A stretch of DNA of 64,000 nt, taken from positions 171,562 to 235,561 of the IMG/VR virus record IMGVR_UViG_3300042889_001272; one strand, given 5' to 3'. The notes under the pieces were generated by a model. It searched no databases. It was not told where the DNA came from and worked only from the letters and a program-made list of their open reading frames with translations. Each line of letters starts with the position of its first letter. Within the stretch, counting starts at the first letter, position 1. Both the position numbers and the translations under genes were made by a program. Shown here one piece after another: positions 9,093 to 18,800 of this stretch.

Positions 9093-10064
9093 TTAATTTA
9101 TCGAGTTATCTACTTGATTTTCTTTGACCTGGGCACCAAGTCTGGGTGGATTAATCCAGCTTTCCTTGAACATTTTACTTCCGTTATAGTCAAGTTCTGC
9201 AATCTCTAATCCTAGGTTTGTTCTCAATGATTCTCCTAGTTTGAATATTTCGTCTTGTAGTTTTTTCTTGTCATATGTCCAGCCACTGGCTAAACATTTT
9301 TCAGACTCTCCGGCAAACTGTGGACGGACAGCATTTTTCCAAAAATCATCATGCCATTCAAAATCTCTCACCAATGTGAAATCAAAGCCATCTCTGTCAA
9401 TATTAGACATATAGCAACCTAATCTAGTTCCGTACATGGCCCATAGTCCATTGTATACATCAGCACCTACACTAGCCCATACCAGCAAACGTTTATAATT
9501 TCTATCGTGTACTCGTTGTTTGAGTTGCCTAGGATCCACGGTTACTCCGCCTTCTAATGCTAGTTTAACACCTTCACGGAAGCCTGCGCGATATGCTTGG
9601 TAAGCACTGGCATTATTAAAAACGTCACTGTATATGTTATTCATTTGATGATAGTAAATGTCCCAGCAAAAGTCAACTTGTGCTTTGGGATCTTCTGCGG
9701 CTTCGTGTGTACGCATTTGTTCTACCACATGTTTGGGCCAAAGTTTAATGCCGCCATTGCCATAAACTAAACCGTTGACAACATTCTTGCCTGCCCATGA
9801 TATAACGTCATGTCGACTAATTTTCGACATATCCAATTCAATGCTTAAAAAGTCATCACGTACAATGTTATCTGCATCCACAGTAATAAATCTATCTGTT
9901 TCAGCGGCAGCGGCAGCGGCTTTGTGCGCGGCATCAAATCCTTTTACTCCATGCACACGCTTGGCCCATGGAGCTTTGTTACATAAGTCAGAATAGTTCT
10001 TATCGGCGTTGGGTTCGTCGTAGCTTAAAAATATAATATCAAAACTGGTAATCGGTGCTAGCAT
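9093..10064 (-). CDS. GT-A-fold glycosyltransferase-like protein
   Basis: DIIFLSYDEPNA, RVHGVKG, FITVDADN (DxD), NGLVYGNGGIKLW. Confidence 0.55.
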   Translation of the reverse strand: MLAPITSFDIIFLSYDEPNADKNYSDLCNKAPWAKRVHGVKGFDAAHKAAAAAAETDRFITVDADNIVRDDFLSIELDMSKISRHDVISWAGKNVVNGLVYGNGGIKLWPKHVVEQMRTHEAAEDPKAQVDFCWDIYYHQMNNIYSDVFNNASAYQAYRAGFREGVKLALEGGVTVDPRQLKQRVHDRNYKRLLVWASVGADVYNGLWAMYGTRLGCYMSNIDRDGFDFTLVRDFEWHDDFWKNAVRPQFAGESEKCLASGWTYDKKKLQDEIFKLGESLRTNLGLEIAELDYNGSKMFKESWINPPRLGAQVKENQVDNSIN

Positions 10065-11028
10065 CTTCTTCCTTTGCATGTAAATGAAAATAGTTACATA
10101 CTAATTTAACTTCTTTTTCACTTGTTAATTTTATCTCAAAATTATTATAGTTGTTAAGTTGGTTACTACTTAACTTGATAGAACCCAGCATCATTGTCGG
10201 GTCATGTTTTTCACAAATGTATAATTCTATGTCTTCATTTAATCTAAATGTGTTGATGTCTTGTATTGTACTTTGTAATTTTAACACATTACCCGTCTGT
10301 TTGTAAAGCAAATTTGGAAGATAATCTAAATTATTTTCTGCAACTAAGTTTTCATTTGATCGGTAGTCGTATGATATAATTTGGTTGTCGTTGTAATATA
10401 AAAATCCAATGTTTTTCAATCCCAACACATCGTCTGGCAACCATCTACACTTAAAACTAATATCGTGTTTTTCAAATAATTCTCTAGTAGACACAGTGAA
10501 TTTTCCAAACAGCTTGGATCTTTCATTTTTATCAATACAATATATTTCTATGTAATCGGGCAATTCTTCCAAGTGTTTTTCTGAAGTTTTTTCCAATAAC
10601 ATATTCAATTTAAAAATATTATAGTCAAAAATTAGCTGTATTTTTTTAGTTACTACATCACAGTGTAAGTGTATAAAGGACCGTTCTGAATTTGTGGCGA
10701 AAATAAAGTCAAATTCCCCTTTTCTGCGTTGCTTGTTATGTGTTAATTCAAATTCATTGGTTGTTTGATTTTTTTTAACTATGAGCTTAGACAGTGATAA
10801 TTTGTTTTCGAATAATTTTTTTGTTAATGTAGAAGCAGTTATAACAGCTATCGAATTTCTTTTCTCTGATGGAACAATTTCCATGGGTGATGCAACAACA
10901 GGCAAACCTGTAAGTCTATTATATTCGACATACACTTTTTGTTCGTTATTTGTATTTCTACTTTTAAGAACTCTTTTTTGTATGTCAAATTCTTCGACTT
11001 GATCGTCATCACTTACACAGTTGCTCAT
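10039..11028 (-). CDS. Hypothetical protein
   Basis: 329-aa ORF overlapping both neighbours (ATGA coupling); no recognisable motif. Confidence 0.6.
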   Translation of the reverse strand: MSNCVSDDDQVEEFDIQKRVLKSRNTNNEQKVYVEYNRLTGLPVVASPMEIVPSEKRNSIAVITASTLTKKLFENKLSLSKLIVKKNQTTNEFELTHNKQRRKGEFDFIFATNSERSFIHLHCDVVTKKIQLIFDYNIFKLNMLLEKTSEKHLEELPDYIEIYCIDKNERSKLFGKFTVSTRELFEKHDISFKCRWLPDDVLGLKNIGFLYYNDNQIISYDYRSNENLVAENNLDYLPNLLYKQTGNVLKLQSTIQDINTFRLNEDIELYICEKHDPTMMLGSIKLSSNQLNNYNNFEIKLTSEKEVKLVCNYFHLHAKEEDASTDYQF

Positions 11029-11843
11029 TTATTTTTAAAATTTTCTAATATTTCATCAGTGAGCCATCCCTTGGATTCATATTTAACCAAACCATGTTGT
11101 ACAAAATTTTCAATTTTAAGAGTACCTTTATCATTAACCCAGTAAGTTAAAAATTCACTCCAACGCTTGGTCCAATTGTTATTAATATAATTATTTTCTT
11201 GTTTTGACAGATCTATGCAATGCATAAAATCAAAGGTTGATATCTTCTTTTCAGTTATAGACTGCAATAAGGATAGCACCCAACTGGGCCATATATATTT
11301 GGGAAACGGTGGCATTTCATGTTCTTTGTCTGCAAAGAAATTTATATAATTGTCTTGATCATAACTGGAACATAACACACTGGCCAGTCCTAGAATGTAA
11401 TCACAGCCCTTGTCTTTGTTGAAAAATATTGCATTTGGAATACTGCTGACTCCAAAATTTTTAAATTCGATGCTGGCAGTACTGTACATCACTGGATTTA
11501 CAATTTCATTATTAAACAAATAGCGATGTTTTGGAAGAACAATGGGATCTAAACTTCGCAGATTTTCCCATATTCCTAGATCAAAATAAGTCAACAATTG
11601 ATCGGGCAGTAAGCCAATAGTCTTGGTATACGGACTCATTAACATTGATTTGAAATAGCATAATGTTGGATTCGTTTCATCTAAAAAAATGACATTGTCC
11701 GCTTCTATAAATTTTGCATCCGTACTATTAACAATGACACTGACAGGTCTAATAGAATCTATTTTTTTAATGCTTGTTATTAATAGATTTATTTCTACAG
11801 AGTTTTCATCAGTTCCATTAACTATTAAATAACCTTCACTCAT
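11025..11843 (-). CDS. Hypothetical protein, possibly degenerate GT8-like paralogue of the upstream gene
   Basis: GYLIV start and SPYTKTIGLLPDQ echo the SPYRQTLMIDVDY of 11836-12732 but without DxD. Confidence 0.4.
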   Translation of the reverse strand: MSEGYLIVNGTDENSVEINLLITSIKKIDSIRPVSVIVNSTDAKFIEADNVIFLDETNPTLCYFKSMLMSPYTKTIGLLPDQLLTYFDLGIWENLRSLDPIVLPKHRYLFNNEIVNPVMYSTASIEFKNFGVSSIPNAIFFNKDKGCDYILGLASVLCSSYDQDNYINFFADKEHEMPPFPKYIWPSWVLSLLQSITEKKISTFDFMHCIDLSKQENNYINNNWTKRWSEFLTYWVNDKGTLKIENFVQHGLVKYESKGWLTDEILENFKNK

Positions 11844-12732
11844 AGATTAACTCCTTGAGTTTAGTGTAGTGTCTTAAAATTGCCATTTTATTCATCAAGT
11901 GTATGTTTTCATTTATTATTCTACTGCAAATATTTTTCCATAACTCTTTGGGATCTGGACATAATAACACGTAGTCATTGAGAGATTTAAACTCTACAAT
12001 ATCATCAATTTGCTCACTGAAGCGCATTACTTTTCCTGGCAGTACTGCCACTGTATTTCCCACTGTTTGGCCATTTAGTATATGTGCGGCAATACTGGCA
12101 GCATAGTCTGTTCTGAATAACACTCCGGGAAACTTGTATAACCACTTGTAATAATGATAGTTTTCTTTAACATGTTCCCAAACACCAAAGAACAAACGAG
12201 CAACTTCACTGTCATTTCTCCAATACACAACTGTGCTCCACCACATGTCTATGCCATCTGGATGAAGTTTTTGTTCCCAGATTCTGGGCTTATAATTGCG
12301 AACGCTGACAGCGTCTTTATACATTGCAAGTTCGTAGTCTGTGTCGAACACTGCATCTAAACTATCATTGCCCACAATGTAGTCGACATCTATCATCAAT
12401 GTTTGTCGGTAAGGGCTTTTTTGAAAAATGCTGTGTTTATTTTTATTATTGAACTGTGTGCTGAATTCTGTCCAAGGACTGTCCCTGTGCATTCTTGTAT
12501 TACGTTCGTGCTGAATATCTTCCACAATGATATGATCAAAGGTATAAGATAATTGCTCAGGTGTGAGTTCCGCAGTTAACGCATTAAGAGTGTTTAAATC
12601 TGTGAGCAAAGTGACATGATTGTTTTTCATGTGCAGTTTTACATTTGCTGCCGCTATTATTGCCAATCTTTCATAGGCTATTTTGCCGTTGTTATACGCA
12701 ATCAGCAAAACACCTTTATCAAATTTAGACAT
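11836..12732 (-). CDS. GT8-like (GT-A) glycosyltransferase
   Basis: KGVLLIAYN, FDHII, KHSIFQKSPYRQTLMIDVDY (DxD), WSTVVYW, FRTDYA. Confidence 0.55.
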   Translation of the reverse strand: MSKFDKGVLLIAYNNGKIAYERLAIIAAANVKLHMKNNHVTLLTDLNTLNALTAELTPEQLSYTFDHIIVEDIQHERNTRMHRDSPWTEFSTQFNNKNKHSIFQKSPYRQTLMIDVDYIVGNDSLDAVFDTDYELAMYKDAVSVRNYKPRIWEQKLHPDGIDMWWSTVVYWRNDSEVARLFFGVWEHVKENYHYYKWLYKFPGVLFRTDYAASIAAHILNGQTVGNTVAVLPGKVMRFSEQIDDIVEFKSLNDYVLLCPDPKELWKNICSRIINENIHLMNKMAILRHYTKLKELIYE

Positions 12733-13078
12733 CTAATCCTACCAATCCTTTAGTGTCTCTTTTCTTTTTTAGTTTTTCGTAGTCGTTGTAATATTCGTTC
12801 AGTGCTTCTGTGTATGCACTGAACAATTTTGTATGAAAGTCTTGTAATGCTGTTATTAGTATTGGGTTTTCGTTGTCATCTATAAAAACAAATTGTTCGA
12901 CTTTTTTGTCTAACAAGTGCTGAATAAAATTGATTAGTTCCAGTGTGGCTGTGAACATTGAATTCGAATAGCCAATGGTTAACACGGTATTCATTCGCTG
13001 TTTAAGGTTTAGTTTTTGATTGTTTAAAGTTAAGCGATAGTTACTGAACTCTAACGCTTCTCTGAGTTTGTCATCCAT
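12725..13078 (-). CDS. Hypothetical protein, first gene of the late enzyme operon
   Basis: 117 aa, GGAG RBS, preceded by TATAAATA. Confidence 0.65.
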   Translation of the reverse strand: MDDKLREALEFSNYRLTLNNQKLNLKQRMNTVLTIGYSNSMFTATLELINFIQHLLDKKVEQFVFIDDNENPILITALQDFHTKLFSAYTEALNEYYNDYEKLKKKRDTKGLVGLDV

Positions 13079-13106
13079 TTTGACTCCATTATATACTAGT
13101 ATAATG

Positions 13107-13114
13107 TATTTATA
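13107..13114 (-). promoter_or_regulatory. T4-type late promoter TATAAATA
   Basis: Exact T4 gp55 consensus in a short intergenic gap; gp55 homologue encoded at 40857. Confidence 0.75.
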
Positions 13115-13132
13115 GTAGCAAAATGAAATATT

Positions 13133-14212
13133 TTAAGGAGATGTAGCTATTCCAGAAAAGGCAGGCTGGCCAATTGAAAATGTTGCACTACCGCTGGATT
13201 TTGTAGTAGCTTTATTACTTTCCACATACAAGGTGTGAGTTCCATTTACTTCTGTTGAATCTGCACTATGTAACACAACTCGCAACACTAACTGAACTGG
13301 ACCGGTTGTATAGCTTCCGTTTGTTGCTACAATCGAACCATAAACTCGTATACTTCTTCTACTGCCGCCATATCCGTAGCCATATCCGTAGCCATTGCCG
13401 TAGCCATACCCGCCGCCATTGCCGTAGCCATACCCGCCGCCATTGCCATAGCCATACCCGCCGCCATTGCCATAGCCATATCCATATCCATATCCATATC
13501 CATAGCCATATCCATACCCGTATCCGCCGCCGCCGGCGCTGTTACAAGTTAGTAATAACTGCTCTGTAGAGTTCAAGTCTCTAAAGCCTTTATTTTCGCT
13601 GATAATATTTGCAGTAGTTGAAACTGTATTAGTTAATTTCAAACTTACAACTCCGAATCTAGCATATACTGATTGCCATAACCCAGACGCCCCGGATCCA
13701 GTGCCTGTTAAATTTAAATTAATGCTACTATCACTGTTGAAGAAATATCTAGCTTTATCATAATTTTGAAAATTTAAAGTCACAGTGTATGTTAAGTTAG
13801 AATTCCATGGTGTGTTTCTTGGGATGTTTCCCAAAGTAGCCAATGCTCGTTGTCCAATGGCTGATAAATTATGTCTTGTGTCAACATCAGCTGACACTGT
13901 TTCTATATCATTCCAGATGCTGGCAGTGACTTTTTGTCCGATTATAACACGATCTAGTTCGTAGACACTGCCTGTGTGTTCAGCGCCTAAATTAATACGG
14001 TCGATCATTTCATTGACCAGTGCTGCCGTAATTTTTGTTCCGGTGGTGGCTAAACTAGCGGATGTGTTTCCCCATCCGTAACCCTGTCTAATTTTATCAG
14101 CTAATACTGTTTTAGGTATACTACTGGGATAAATGTCGGCAAAAACTTTGTTGGTATTGTTAACCAACACATTATAGTCACTGGCTGTGATTAATTGCCC
14201 TTTTGATGCCAA
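13133..14212 (-). CDS. Virion structural (tail/baseplate-associated) protein with Gly-Tyr repeat insert
   Basis: N-term GQLITASDYN..GYGWG..GTKITA typical of large-myovirus structural proteins; Ser/Thr-rich beta character; in tail gene cluster. Confidence 0.6.
   Translation of the reverse strand: MASKGQLITASDYNVLVNNTNKVFADIYPSSIPKTVLADKIRQGYGWGNTSASLATTGTKITAALVNEMIDRINLGAEHTGSVYELDRVIIGQKVTASIWNDIETVSADVDTRHNLSAIGQRALATLGNIPRNTPWNSNLTYTVTLNFQNYDKARYFFNSDSSINLNLTGTGSGASGLWQSVYARFGVVSLKLTNTVSTTANIISENKGFRDLNSTEQLLLTCNSAGGGGYGYGYGYGYGYGYGYGYGNGGGYGYGNGGGYGYGNGGGYGYGNGYGYGYGYGGSRRSIRVYGSIVATNGSYTTGPVQLVLRVVLHSADSTEVNGTHTLYVESNKATTKSSGSATFSIGQPAFSGIATSP
13364..13534 (-). repeat. Coding low-complexity repeat: G4-(YG)9-(NGGGYGYG)3-NG(YG)4G
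   Basis: 171 nt / 57 aa; 6-bp units plus three 24-bp units starting 13391, 13415, 13439. Confidence 0.95.
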
Positions 14213-14213
14213 T

Positions 14214-15152
14214 TTATCTCACTCCAACAGCTACTTCTACTGTGCTAATACCATTACTGATTTTATCGTTTAATGCTCTGCCGATAATGTTTATTGGATT
14301 ATATTCATTTGTTGCCATGCCAACGCCTTCGACTTCGCTGGAAACAATGCGCTGACCTTTACGTACTGTGCCTTTTACTAAACAAGGTACACGACCTTTA
14401 AGTGCCACAGGATAAGCATTTTCTTGCATTTTCATTTTGCTGTTTAACAAGAAGCCAGGGGCAGTTGATATAATACCAAATACTTCTTCGTCGTAGGCTT
14501 TAATTGTTTTAGTAATTTCCATTTCGCCGCCAAGACGAACAATGTTACCAGGAACAAGTTCGACATCACTTCTATATATTTCTGCCATGTCGGCAAATTC
14601 TGCTTCCATTGCACGACCGCGTATTTTAAAGTTACCGTATTCAGAACCAGCATCTTGGCCGTCATTCATATTGATGCCGCAGCCAATAGTTGGAAATCTA
14701 TTTTGCAAACCAGTGTCTGCATGTGGAGTATATGTACCAGCATCACTGCTGATAATAGCAACGATTGTGCCGGTTGTTGCATTCAATGAAGCTCCGACTT
14801 GAATTTTAATAGCACGATGAAAAATTCCTGAAATATCTTTAATTAAAGCTGTGCTGAATCCGTCCACCGGACCGCCAATTAAATCAGTGCCGCCAATTGG
14901 ATTCCATTTTACACCGTCATACACGCTGACAACTCGTGAATTACTGTTCCACCAAAATTGACCAGTAATTGGATTTGATGGAGCAACTGGGTTACTGAAG
15001 TGCTCTAGCATCTGAACTAGGTTTTCTGCCATTATTTCGCCGTAAGCGGAATAATTTTTACCCAGCAACTTAATAGGAGTAGTTGTATCTACTGTTCTAT
15101 CTGCAACGATTGTTAGTCGTGTGCCGTCTGTTTTTGTAACATCATATGCCAT
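14214..15152 (-). CDS. Tail spike/fibre protein with C-terminal intramolecular-chaperone (Peptidase_G2-like) domain
   Basis: N-term LLGKNYSAYGEIMAENLVQMLEHF..P..GQFWW; C-term ADMAEIY..GIISTAPGFLLN..VALKGRVPCLVKG..IGRAL..VEVAVG. Confidence 0.65.
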   Translation of the reverse strand: MAYDVTKTDGTRLTIVADRTVDTTTPIKLLGKNYSAYGEIMAENLVQMLEHFSNPVAPSNPITGQFWWNSNSRVVSVYDGVKWNPIGGTDLIGGPVDGFSTALIKDISGIFHRAIKIQVGASLNATTGTIVAIISSDAGTYTPHADTGLQNRFPTIGCGINMNDGQDAGSEYGNFKIRGRAMEAEFADMAEIYRSDVELVPGNIVRLGGEMEITKTIKAYDEEVFGIISTAPGFLLNSKMKMQENAYPVALKGRVPCLVKGTVRKGQRIVSSEVEGVGMATNEYNPINIIGRALNDKISNGISTVEVAVGVR

Positions 15153-15175
15153 TCTTCAAAATTCCTTTATTGTAT

Positions 15176-15183
15176 TATTTATC
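15176..15183 (-). promoter_or_regulatory. Late promoter-like GATAAATA
   Basis: TAAATA core in intergenic gap upstream of AAGGA RBS and ATG 15152. Confidence 0.55.
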
Positions 15184-15187
15184 TATT

Positions 15188-15763
15188 TTAGTTTAGTCTA
15201 ATTCTTAAAGTATAAACAATCTGTATTACTCTGTTTGCAGACTTTTGCACTGGATCGAACACAATATGACTCAACAAATATCCTGTATTTTTGCCGTTGC
15301 TGCCACGGCTTTTTAGACCTAATTCGTTGAAAATATAATCCCCGAGGCCAGCCTCTGGTTGATTTTCTTCTATTGTGCAAGTAACTACCAAATCAGTGTA
15401 GTTTAAACCAGTGATATGATTTACAACTACATTATTATTGATATCATCAAAGTTATTTGCAGTGTCGGCCATGTCAACAACTTTGAAATACGTTGGATTA
15501 TACAGGCCTGCTTGTAAACCTGTGGATAAATTATCAGTGACGTCGTTGTAAGTGATGTTTCCAGTTTCGTCTATGATCAAGCCGCCGTTGCCGAAATGCA
15601 TTTCATATACGTAAGAATTATTGTTTCCTTGTAACATAGTGGCAATAATTAATGTCATTGTTTCAGGATTAATTGCGTTATGCTCACTGACAAAGACTTC
15701 TTGAGTCTTTGGATCCCAAATCTTTACGTGACCATCGATGTTAATATTTGTCGAATCTATCAT
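15188..15763 (-). CDS. Virion structural protein (tail-fibre attachment / baseplate type)
   Basis: GHVKIWD..HNAI..MHFGNGG..IFNELGLKS..LLSHIVFDPVQKSANRVIQIVYTLRI; context. Confidence 0.55.
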   Translation of the reverse strand: MIDSTNINIDGHVKIWDPKTQEVFVSEHNAINPETMTLIIATMLQGNNNSYVYEMHFGNGGLIIDETGNITYNDVTDNLSTGLQAGLYNPTYFKVVDMADTANNFDDINNNVVVNHITGLNYTDLVVTCTIEENQPEAGLGDYIFNELGLKSRGSNGKNTGYLLSHIVFDPVQKSANRVIQIVYTLRIRLN

Positions 15764-15781
15764 TTTATTTCCTGTATACTG

Positions 15782-15789
15782 TATTTAAC
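15782..15789 (-). promoter_or_regulatory. Late promoter-like GTTAAATA
   Basis: TAAATA core upstream of AGGA RBS and ATG 15763. Confidence 0.5.
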
Positions 15790-15804
15790 TGTTTCTTTAA
15801 CTAC

Positions 15805-18800
15805 TTAGTTAAAGACGGTGCCTTCTCCGGCAAGTTCGCCTCCATATCCAATGTTAATTTCAGTGTCTTCTACTGACAATGTTTCGTCCATGGACAAATT
15901 GGTATTTTCTATTAACTGTTTATTAACTGTGGAACTTCGAATTTTATCTCTATAACTTTTTACACTGGTATAAAAGTTTAAAAATACGTCAATGTCATCA
16001 CGACGAAGTGTATTTGTTTTATCCAAGACGTTGTTTATTAAATTAATAGGTTCTATTGTGCTGGACTTTTGTAGCCAATCTACATTAGTTTGTTCGCTTA
16101 ACACATATCTAAACATGGCACACATCATTTTAGAGTAGCTGACTTTGTATGTATCTACAAAAAGATTATTTCGTAGTGCTTCTGTTATTGCATAAAATAT
16201 ATTGCAGAAGTCAAAGTCCCAAGGAATGTTAATTGCGTTCCATTTAGAGCCATCCCATGTGCCTTTAGGATCGAACAATTCATCGCTGAGTTTAATTGCG
16301 CCACGCTGATTTGTTTTATCAGCAGTTCTATAAACTACTTTGAATCCTCCATCTACATCTTTTTCATATATAGATTTATCTTCCAATACTTTGATATATG
16401 AATTTGCTGTTACATAAGATGTATAAATTTCAGCCAATTTAGATACGGTCAAAGTTATTTCTTTTGTGGGATCATAGCCCTCACTTTGATAATCTACCAA
16501 TGTCCAATATTTTGTCAAGTCAATCGTTTCATCAAATAATATATATGCTGTTTGATTTAAAATATCACCCCAATTCGGCAAGGAACTGATATCGACGTTT
16601 AATAATAACTGATTTGTTTTTTTAATAAATGTTCTTCTTGCTTCGTAGATATCTCTGAACCATCCCTGTGCATATGGTCTAATAGAATTTCCTAGTTGTG
16701 AATATCTATGTAATTTTATTACGTCAGGGATGTTTTTAGTAATATTAAACTCAAACGTATTACTATCTATATACTCTGCGCCGGTTATTAAATGCCACTT
16801 TGAGCTGTCAAATGTTCCCGTTGTTTGAGTATGACAAATATAAAAATTAGAATTATATTGCACAATGTCTCTGGGACGATGTGTAGTAGCTGTACTATAA
16901 TCAACATAGTTTGCTGTTGATTTATAGTGTATGCCGCTGGCAATACTGTCTCGAAAACGTGTGTGTATCCACTGAGGTATAGTCTCAGAAGTGTTTTCTT
17001 CAGATACAAATAACCATTGTTGATGTTTTTCTTCGCCTTTTAATTTCTTCTTGATTTGAACTACTGTGCTGGAATTATTTAAAAGATGTTCAACACCTTT
17101 TAGCATGATGCTGTTACTGTTAATAGGTGCATACCATGCCAAGCCGGCTGCACTTGGATTTAATATTATTTTACTCAACTGTTTAGTAGAATAAATTCTC
17201 ACAGCTTTGCTTTCTGGACTGATAGTGTCTTTGTTCTTTACCCAGAAATAAAACACATTGTAAATATTACCGTTGACATAGTCTTGTTCTTCAACCCAGT
17301 GGTAATTATCTTTTCCGGAAGCAGTGTCAACATAAACTTCACCCGAAGCACGTTGACCAAATGCAGAGCCATTGGCTTCTACTAACTTGTTCCATTGCGT
17401 TGGATGTACCGGGCTTTTTGTCCATTCATAGATATCTGGCAGCTTACTGTCAACAGTAGTTCCCCAATACCTTGCTCTTGTCAGTGCGTCGCCACTTTCA
17501 TAGTCACTGAACTGTGTAGTACTAGTATCCCACCAGCGACGTCCTACATATTCTTCATACCATCCAAGACTTGCGTATGCACTCTTAAATTCGTCAGTTG
17601 TGCGAGTATATTTTGCAGGATCCACACGATTTATAACTTCTATGTCGTCTTTGAATACTTTTGGTAGATACATTTTTCTAGGATCGAATAATTCTAACTT
17701 GGCCATGACTTTATTAGAATCATAGTCGTAGATTATCAAATGTTCTATGTCACTGAGGTCTAATGGCAGCGAATCGGTTTTAACAACTGTTTTTCTAATA
17801 GCATCAGTTTGAATTATTTCATAGACTTTATAGTTTCCAAAGTCAAAGCTGACGTTGCCACTGCTATTGCCTATACCATCGTCGACGATTGCAATAGGAA
17901 AAGCGGCATTATATTTGCTGGGAGTAATCGGTAATGTAAAATTAGTAGTACCTATTGCGTTGCTAAAAGGATTATATTTTCTCTTCCACGCATATCCGTA
18001 TGTTCCTGCATTTGCGCCTGTGGCAGCATTTAATTCAGCAAGATTTTTAAATCTAATCGGCTTAAATGCAAATACTTTACCTGTAGTAATAGCTTCTGTG
18101 ACTCTGGTATTAATATAAAATCCAAAATTATCCTCAATTGAATCTACACGCCATATACCATTGACTGTGGCATTTGCAGAGCTTGCGTTAATAATTAATA
18201 CATAATCACCAACTTCTGCTCTATGAGGGAAATTACAAGTAACTCTAGCTTTACTCACATCTGTAGGCCCTGGGCATATTTCTGTTACTGCAATATTTCT
18301 GTCTATCGTTTGTAATACTTGCCAAGTGCCGGGTGTGAACATACTGTTGCCTGTGCCCAGTAAATTGGGGTTGGGTTTATTATAATTTGCAACAAATATG
18401 TTAGGCAAAAATGGTTCGTTTATACGAGTAAATTTATCGCTGTTGTTAGTCCATGTATTTGGACTAACTGTAGTTATCGAATAGTACAAGAATCCGTTGT
18501 ATCGAACCTGTGAATTTTTCTTATAAGATTTATTCGCTGAATATGATTCTATATTATATAGGTCAGAAAAATCACTGTACAATGCAGGCATATCATCTAA
18601 TGTAGCAACACTAAAATTAGTATCTCCCTCGATGACAGGACCGCTGGTTTTTAAATCAGTATATGTTCTATCTAATGGTTTAAATGTTAAATTTTTTCTA
18701 TAAGGTCTATGAACCCATTTCTGTGAGTTATCAGTTATGTAGTGAATATAAGGACTTACTCTATCATCATTGTCGGCTACGAAACTAATAACCTGTGGAT

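Noticed and set aside
13255-13569. His/Arg-repeat and Met/Ala-repeat ORFs
   Set aside because: Alternate-frame readings of the Gly-Tyr repeat.
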